This document shows positions 59,701 through 64,000 of a stretch of DNA of 64,000 nt, piece by piece (position 1 is the first letter of the stretch; each line of letters begins with the position of its first letter). Below the pieces are notes generated by a model. The model saw only the letters and a program-made list of their open reading frames with translations. It ran no database searches and had not been told where the DNA came from. The translations under genes were made by a program, and so were the position numbers. This DNA comes from Anthoceros angustus (taxonomy: Eukaryota > Plantae > Anthocerotophyta). Location: positions 248,001 through 312,000 of the forward strand of contig VJWM01000116.1 in the NCBI GenBank assembly GCA_010909165.1, written 5' to 3'.

Positions 59701-62700
59701 CGAGATTGAGGATGAGCCCTTGCAAGGTTGGTTGGATGAGCATTACAGGATTATGCTCAAGGTTGTTCGGGAAAGGCTTCTGAGGGAGCACGTACTTGAG
59801 GAGAGAAGTAAAGAATCCGAGAGAAAGCCGATTCAGAAGTTGGGGTCAGAGTTGGAGAGTGATGGCGTGGACAGAGGATCTAGTTCCTCAAGAGGAGCCG
59901 TGGGTGGCCAGGGAACAGGTTCGCCCGAGTGGGAAGCTATGCATGAGGAGATGTTCAGGACATACTACAAGGAGTGCAGAGATCTAATACCAGATGAGGG
60001 TTCTGGGGCCTGCCAGAACGGCCGTCAATCTGGATTTAAGCCAAGTGTTGATCGCGCTTCGATTATGTCAGTGAGGGCAACAACATTAAAAGTTTTGCTG
60101 ACAAACATCCCAGGCGGCAGGCATGGGATGCTTCATAGAATTAGAGAGCTTGACTGTGTCAGCCCTGATCTGCATGTTCCTTTCTCCACAATGTACGGTT
60201 ATCATGTGAACATAGATGCAACTTCCCTAGTCTTGCGATTGAGGAACTACACATTGCCGATGCTGTCTGCCATCAGTGGCAAAGCGGCTGGTGATGTGAT
60301 TTTGGCAAAGCAAGGAACTGTTTTTCCAAAGCAGGTGGAGCAGGAGCTGTACATTGGGCAATGGCGGAGAATCAGGATGTTGCGGTCAATCAGTGGCTCA
60401 TCCCCGCCTCTCAAGATGTACTCGGAGCTGTGTATAGAGCTCAATCATGGGAGGGTATGCTACGGTGTTGGATTTGAACCTGCACTAGCAGATGTCAGTT
60501 ATGCACTAAGCATTGCTATGAAGAAGGCAAATTTAAGTCTGCGGAAGTTGGACAACGTGGCTCCCGTGAAAAAAGAGAGAAGCCTCCCCTGGTGGGATGA
60601 CATGCGCTACTATGTACATGGCAAGAACAGCATCGCAGTGACTGACTTCAGGTGGAATTGCTTGGCAACCACAGATCCCTATGAGAACACAGAAATGCTA
60701 GTGTTTGCATCAAAAAGTATGACTTTCATGCAGACAGAAGGATCTGTCTCTGCTTATGGTAAAGAGTTTGCACTTATTATCAATCAAGAGGGTGGGACCT
60801 TGAATCAGATTGGTTGTAAGCAGAAGCGAGTCTTCCTGCGTGCACCCATCTTTGAGTTCGATATCAAGATTGAATGGGAGAGTGATTCTGGAGAGCCTCT
60901 TCAGCACTACCTTCATGCACTTCCAGGAGAGCTTGATGCCCGTGAGAAGGTCTACGATCCATTTCGGTCCTACTTTCTGGCTCTAGGATGGACCTTCCGT
61001 TTCAAGGAACACTATGCCCGCTTTTCAGGTGAAGATCCACCAGGCTCTTGTGCTTTCCATGTGGGGAGCTTTCGGAAAGTTAACGATTTACATGTTGGCA
61101 CTGCTAGAAAGGATACTCTGCTCAGAGTACCCAAGGATGTCCAGTCACTTCTGGCCCTTGAGAAGTTAGAAGACTCCTTTGTGATGAGTGTGCCAATCAT
61201 GCATTTGAGTGCTTATAACCTAATGTGGATCTTTAAGTGGTGGAACCTGGTATACAGCCCTCCTCACAAGCTGCGGTCCTTTTCAAAGTGGCCTCGCTTT
61301 GGCGTTCCTCGGGTTGCTCGGTCAGGAAATCTTGCTCTTGACAAGGTGTTGTGCGAGTTTCTGCTGAGAGTGGATTCTACGCCTGCTTGTGTTGAGCATG
61401 CTTCACTTGGGGATGATGATCCAGCAGATGGGCTCACGTTCAATACTACAAGTTTGAAGTATGAGATTTTTTACAGCCGTGCATTCCATCGGCAGCATCC
61501 TGAAAGAAGAGATCTCCTTGAGGTGGCGTACCAAGGGCTAGACATACACATGCTCAAGGTCAAGCTGGATAGGAGTCCTGCAGCATCTGTCTCCGAAGAG
61601 GCCCTGCTACAAGCCATTAAAAAGGCTGCAAGAGTGAATTATCTAGTGGGTTTGCAGGAAGTGTCCTCTGATGACATATTCAGAGGACTAGGGATTGATA
61701 ATTCTAGTGATGATGGATTCCTTCTGAGTACCGACCATTTTAGAACTAGGAGGGAGACACCAAAGGCAGATGCTGGAAGACTTGCTTGGTGGCAAGTTGG
61801 TGACAGACATCGGTCAAATGGTTTCAGCCACAATGATGCTGGTCACAGTAGTGAGCCCACCAGCGATGATGAAGGGTTTGATGTCGTCGTGCCTGATAAC
61901 TGCTTGCGAGTCTCTGTTTATGAATTAAAGCTTTTATGGACAATTGGCAATCGGGATGCTGTTTGGGCATGGGTTGGTGAAATCTCTAAGGCCTTTGAGT
62001 CTCACAAACCGTCACCATCTAGGCAGTATGCACAGCGGAAGAAGCTAGAAGGTGCACGCCGAACTAAAATTGAAGATCTTCTGCAAAGGCAACCGGATGA
62101 GGCTGACATGGTACCGAGGACAGACATGGATGTATCACCTCCTGTGTCTAGCAAGCTGGAGCACTCGGTGGTTTCGACGCCGAAAGTTGAGGAGGAAAAG
62201 CTTCATTTCATGGTGAATGTTGTTCATCCCCAATTCAATTTACAATCTGAAGACGCCAAAGGGCGGTTCCTGCTAGCAGCAGCAAGTGGACGGGTCCTGG
62301 CAAGGTCCTTCACTGTCCATTCTGCCTATAAACTGATGGAAGGAGTGCTGAAAAACGGTATTCCATCATCAGGGCCTGATCCCATGATACCATGGAAACG
62401 CAGAGAGCTCTCCGTGTGGCTGGAACGTGTCCATGCTCATGTGGCTCCTTGTGACGTGGATTTAGGTGCCGGAATCCAATGGCTACCAAAAATACCTACA
62501 AGAACGATAACTGACAGGACTGGCCCGCTTCTGGAGAGGGTGTTCATGCCTTGTTCGATGTACTTTCAGTACACACGTCACAAGGGTGACACTCCAGATT
62601 GGAAGGCGAAATCTCTGAAGGAGCTTTCATTTAATTCCTCTAACATCATTGCGAATATGACATCTCGACAGTTTCAGGTCATGGTTGACATCATAGGTAA

Positions 62701-64000
62701 TCTACTCCTTGCAAGGCTGCCAAAGCCAAGAAAAAACAGTTTCTTGCATCCCGATGAGGAAGACGAGGACGATGATACTGAGGAAGAGGCAGATGAAGTG
62801 GTACCAGAGGGTGTGGAGGAAGTGGAACTTGCTCGCATCAGACTGGAACATACAGAGAGAAGGTGTCACCTGGTCTTTGATGATATAAGAACTATCAAGC
62901 AGCGTAGAGGAAGTGAGGAGGAAGGGGAATGTGAGGACCTGGATGCTTTGGTGGAAAAGCTAGAACTTGATCATGCTAGCAAATGCAAGGCTCGACGAGC
63001 AGCAAGGACATCATTGAGAACTGCCCTTCAAAGGGCAGCACAGCAGCGGCTGATGGAGAAGGAAAAGAATAAGGCCCCCTCTGCAGCAATGAGCATTTCT
63101 TGGGCTATAGACCAAGTCGTTTGGAGCATGCTCCGGGATGGAAGAGCCTTTGCTGAAGCTGAGATAAGTGACATGATCTTGCATGTGGACCGTGATTTCA
63201 ATGATCATGGTGTTGCACTCTTCAGCATGAAGTCATTTGTTGTCCGGGACTGTCTCCTAAATGTGAAGTCAAATATGACTCATGCTTCATTGTTGTCTGC
63301 CTGGAATCCACCAGCCGATTGGGGTAGAAATTGTATGCTTAGGGTCTTTGCCAAGCAAGGTGTTCCGAAGGATGGACATTCACCACTGGAGCTTTTCGAA
63401 GTGGATGTATTTCCTTTGAAGATTCACCTGACTGAAGCCATGTACAGGATGATGTGGGCGTATTTTTTCCCTGAGGATGATCAGAACTCTCAGGAGCGGC
63501 AAGAGGCTCGAAGGCTTTCTGCAATATCTGTGTCAAAGCGTGTCAAATCCACAGCTCCCTCCATCGGGGACAAGGGACCAGAAGCACAGGGTGAGTCTCT
63601 GGCTAGGTCCGGCTCAGGAATGCAGAATACACAGTTTGGGCTGTTGGAGCATCTCTCAGCCAGGGAGGCCTATTGTTTATCCATTGATCAACCTTCAGAG
63701 GTCAGCAGACTTCAAGTGGGGCGAGGATCGGCCAGGCTGAAGGAGAAAGAGACAGAGAAGGAGGTGGAGAAGGAGAAAGAGAGACAGAAGGAGAAGGAGA
63801 AGGAAAAGGAAAAGGAAAAGGACAGTAGGAGGTCAAGCAGAGATCATAAGTCTGTCTCTCTGGAAGAAAAGGATGCTAGAGCTAGAAAGAGTTTCCTGGA
63901 GTTCCACAACATTAAGATTAGTCAGGTGGAGCTGATTGTAACATACGAGGGGTCAAGGTTTGCTGTCAATGATCTGCGCCTACTGATGGATGCATTTGCA
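56723..64000 (+). CDS. SABRE: SABRE/KIP-like bridge-like lipid transfer protein (BLTP2/Hobbit/FMP27 family), 3'-truncated, apparently intronless
   Basis: ATG at 56723 (MDPTPDKLLWLLLIVAIAGW, hydrophobic anchor). Same-frame hallmarks include DPKKFNYG, IEDEPLQGWLDEHY, KKERSLPWWDDMRYYVHG, KLRSFSKWPRFG..RSGNL.LDKV, PSRQYAQRK, HFMVNVVHPQFNL, FHNIKISQVEL and DLRLLMD at the window end. That is 2426 codons in one frame; it is absent from the ORF track because it has no stop in the window. Confidence 0.92.
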   Translation, partial: MDPTPDKLLWLLLIVAIAGWLAFNFSAKVVGLILKKVIGLVVLRFRLASLGCVKDVFVQFKRGGVASISIGELRLRRHKRGLRRLWDWRLQLSVGDIEVVMRSSQTVKKTPGKSSTRRKSSSGRTMLMVVARIANYVNVSLTDIVIRASDEPKVSVEIKDVGLDLCKVDGAVVSVGVKLVVVPLHVYLGDKHVVTDASLLAGGAVGNEGHQATMACIPPVFTLESTLVESSLYYDSEAGISVRQLEVVCGNAILHLEEANLLGLLSLRGRKSSAEPHGTVGVSELGEGSKAGDPVQGTESKKGSAGSPAQRRVIVFPEHLRFHLSMLCINFSQKESALILENRVMGIQLQGTRCLSALGGQKSQLDVQVDVGGVYLLRGKQKALLEILKVAVAGCLEVPSEVQEPVKLELDVKLGGLQLNMFLTTIMQCLKFGTDLLSNGQGSPKVVSADHSLPTNEVLKSKLTRKFVWGCSFSAPELAMTVSGSDDSQIFQSSSQTGHLYLNSMTSKGLTCHCELGEIQITSVEYVSSRLGSCLPAEDENDCCWMRLSHLEVEWGVTESDPNAKLMVVVKGRVCALFVTLDRLQTILLCSSDFERSLKQVASAMRKSRPKSRGTVGPRRRSGLRNVKLRLDGFTLHFSEPHQVHSTNVLDPKKFNYGEPLGQIIITKMPDGRPREARVFAELNGSEESMINCQVLAEITSFEFCIDKDAESIMVHIIRGHVDYQELQPEVRPPVHVVTLLSADEASLSLTQGNQAQLTGSKVTCCWTPDVHLFGGQVLLDVKNLLDLRKRIGVRVGAYPVEPKAVGEISVDMAGKTKENISELDKRGKPKLRLSLGIKGFGLTADLADGVTLKVHADTLSSESAATEVSVGNVEVRFNNSKVLGACSLKISKIPFMSSEACEPTAGTVAVVQTRQDWEWVVEGRGVRLTLAYGLQLRAIEDAVEDMWRGLKLALAAQKSRIRPGQPSQLPKQKAAGSASVAAIRFVVDDILAEIEDEPLQGWLDEHYRIMLKVVRERLLREHVLEERSKESERKPIQKLGSELESDGVDRGSSSSRGAVGGQGTGSPEWEAMHEEMFRTYYKECRDLIPDEGSGACQNGRQSGFKPSVDRASIMSVRATTLKVLLTNIPGGRHGMLHRIRELDCVSPDLHVPFSTMYGYHVNIDATSLVLRLRNYTLPMLSAISGKAAGDVILAKQGTVFPKQVEQELYIGQWRRIRMLRSISGSSPPLKMYSELCIELNHGRVCYGVGFEPALADVSYALSIAMKKANLSLRKLDNVAPVKKERSLPWWDDMRYYVHGKNSIAVTDFRWNCLATTDPYENTEMLVFASKSMTFMQTEGSVSAYGKEFALIINQEGGTLNQIGCKQKRVFLRAPIFEFDIKIEWESDSGEPLQHYLHALPGELDAREKVYDPFRSYFLALGWTFRFKEHYARFSGEDPPGSCAFHVGSFRKVNDLHVGTARKDTLLRVPKDVQSLLALEKLEDSFVMSVPIMHLSAYNLMWIFKWWNLVYSPPHKLRSFSKWPRFGVPRVARSGNLALDKVLCEFLLRVDSTPACVEHASLGDDDPADGLTFNTTSLKYEIFYSRAFHRQHPERRDLLEVAYQGLDIHMLKVKLDRSPAASVSEEALLQAIKKAARVNYLVGLQEVSSDDIFRGLGIDNSSDDGFLLSTDHFRTRRETPKADAGRLAWWQVGDRHRSNGFSHNDAGHSSEPTSDDEGFDVVVPDNCLRVSVYELKLLWTIGNRDAVWAWVGEISKAFESHKPSPSRQYAQRKKLEGARRTKIEDLLQRQPDEADMVPRTDMDVSPPVSSKLEHSVVSTPKVEEEKLHFMVNVVHPQFNLQSEDAKGRFLLAAASGRVLARSFTVHSAYKLMEGVLKNGIPSSGPDPMIPWKRRELSVWLERVHAHVAPCDVDLGAGIQWLPKIPTRTITDRTGPLLERVFMPCSMYFQYTRHKGDTPDWKAKSLKELSFNSSNIIANMTSRQFQVMVDIIGNLLLARLPKPRKNSFLHPDEEDEDDDTEEEADEVVPEGVEEVELARIRLEHTERRCHLVFDDIRTIKQRRGSEEEGECEDLDALVEKLELDHASKCKARRAARTSLRTALQRAAQQRLMEKEKNKAPSAAMSISWAIDQVVWSMLRDGRAFAEAEISDMILHVDRDFNDHGVALFSMKSFVVRDCLLNVKSNMTHASLLSAWNPPADWGRNCMLRVFAKQGVPKDGHSPLELFEVDVFPLKIHLTEAMYRMMWAYFFPEDDQNSQERQEARRLSAISVSKRVKSTAPSIGDKGPEAQGESLARSGSGMQNTQFGLLEHLSAREAYCLSIDQPSEVSRLQVGRGSARLKEKETEKEVEKEKERQKEKEKEKEKEKDSRRSSRDHKSVSLEEKDARARKSFLEFHNIKISQVELIVTYEGSRFAVNDLRLLMDAFA

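Overview
Gene-dense eukaryotic nuclear DNA from a seed-free land plant, most likely a hornwort. This is inferred from short GT-AG introns and two PLS-type PPR genes ending in the 'KP'/GRP variant of the DYW domain. From left to right the window holds: the 3' part of an extracellular LRR gene; an intronless adenylate kinase; a multi-exon UGT80-like glycosyltransferase; and a ~28 kb tandem array (about 3 copies of a ~9.5 kb unit), each unit carrying a germin-like protein (GLP) gene and an AT-rich block with a decayed C5-DNA-methyltransferase followed by a Ty3/gypsy pre-RT-like segment. Next come a head-to-head pair of PPR-DYW:KP(GRP) genes whose N-termini carry OSB-type 'PDF' motifs, more GLP genes and relics, a Tic32-like SDR, tRNA-Arg(TCT), and an apparently intronless SABRE/KIP (BLTP2) ORF that runs off the end. 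Many frameshifts sit in homopolymers or near-identical repeats and are probably long-read consensus errors. The strongest leads are (1) putative U-to-C editing PPR-DYW:KP proteins fused to PDF ssDNA-binding motifs and (2) the relic of a methyltransferase-carrying retrotransposon. All assignments come from manual motif recognition; no database searches were run.
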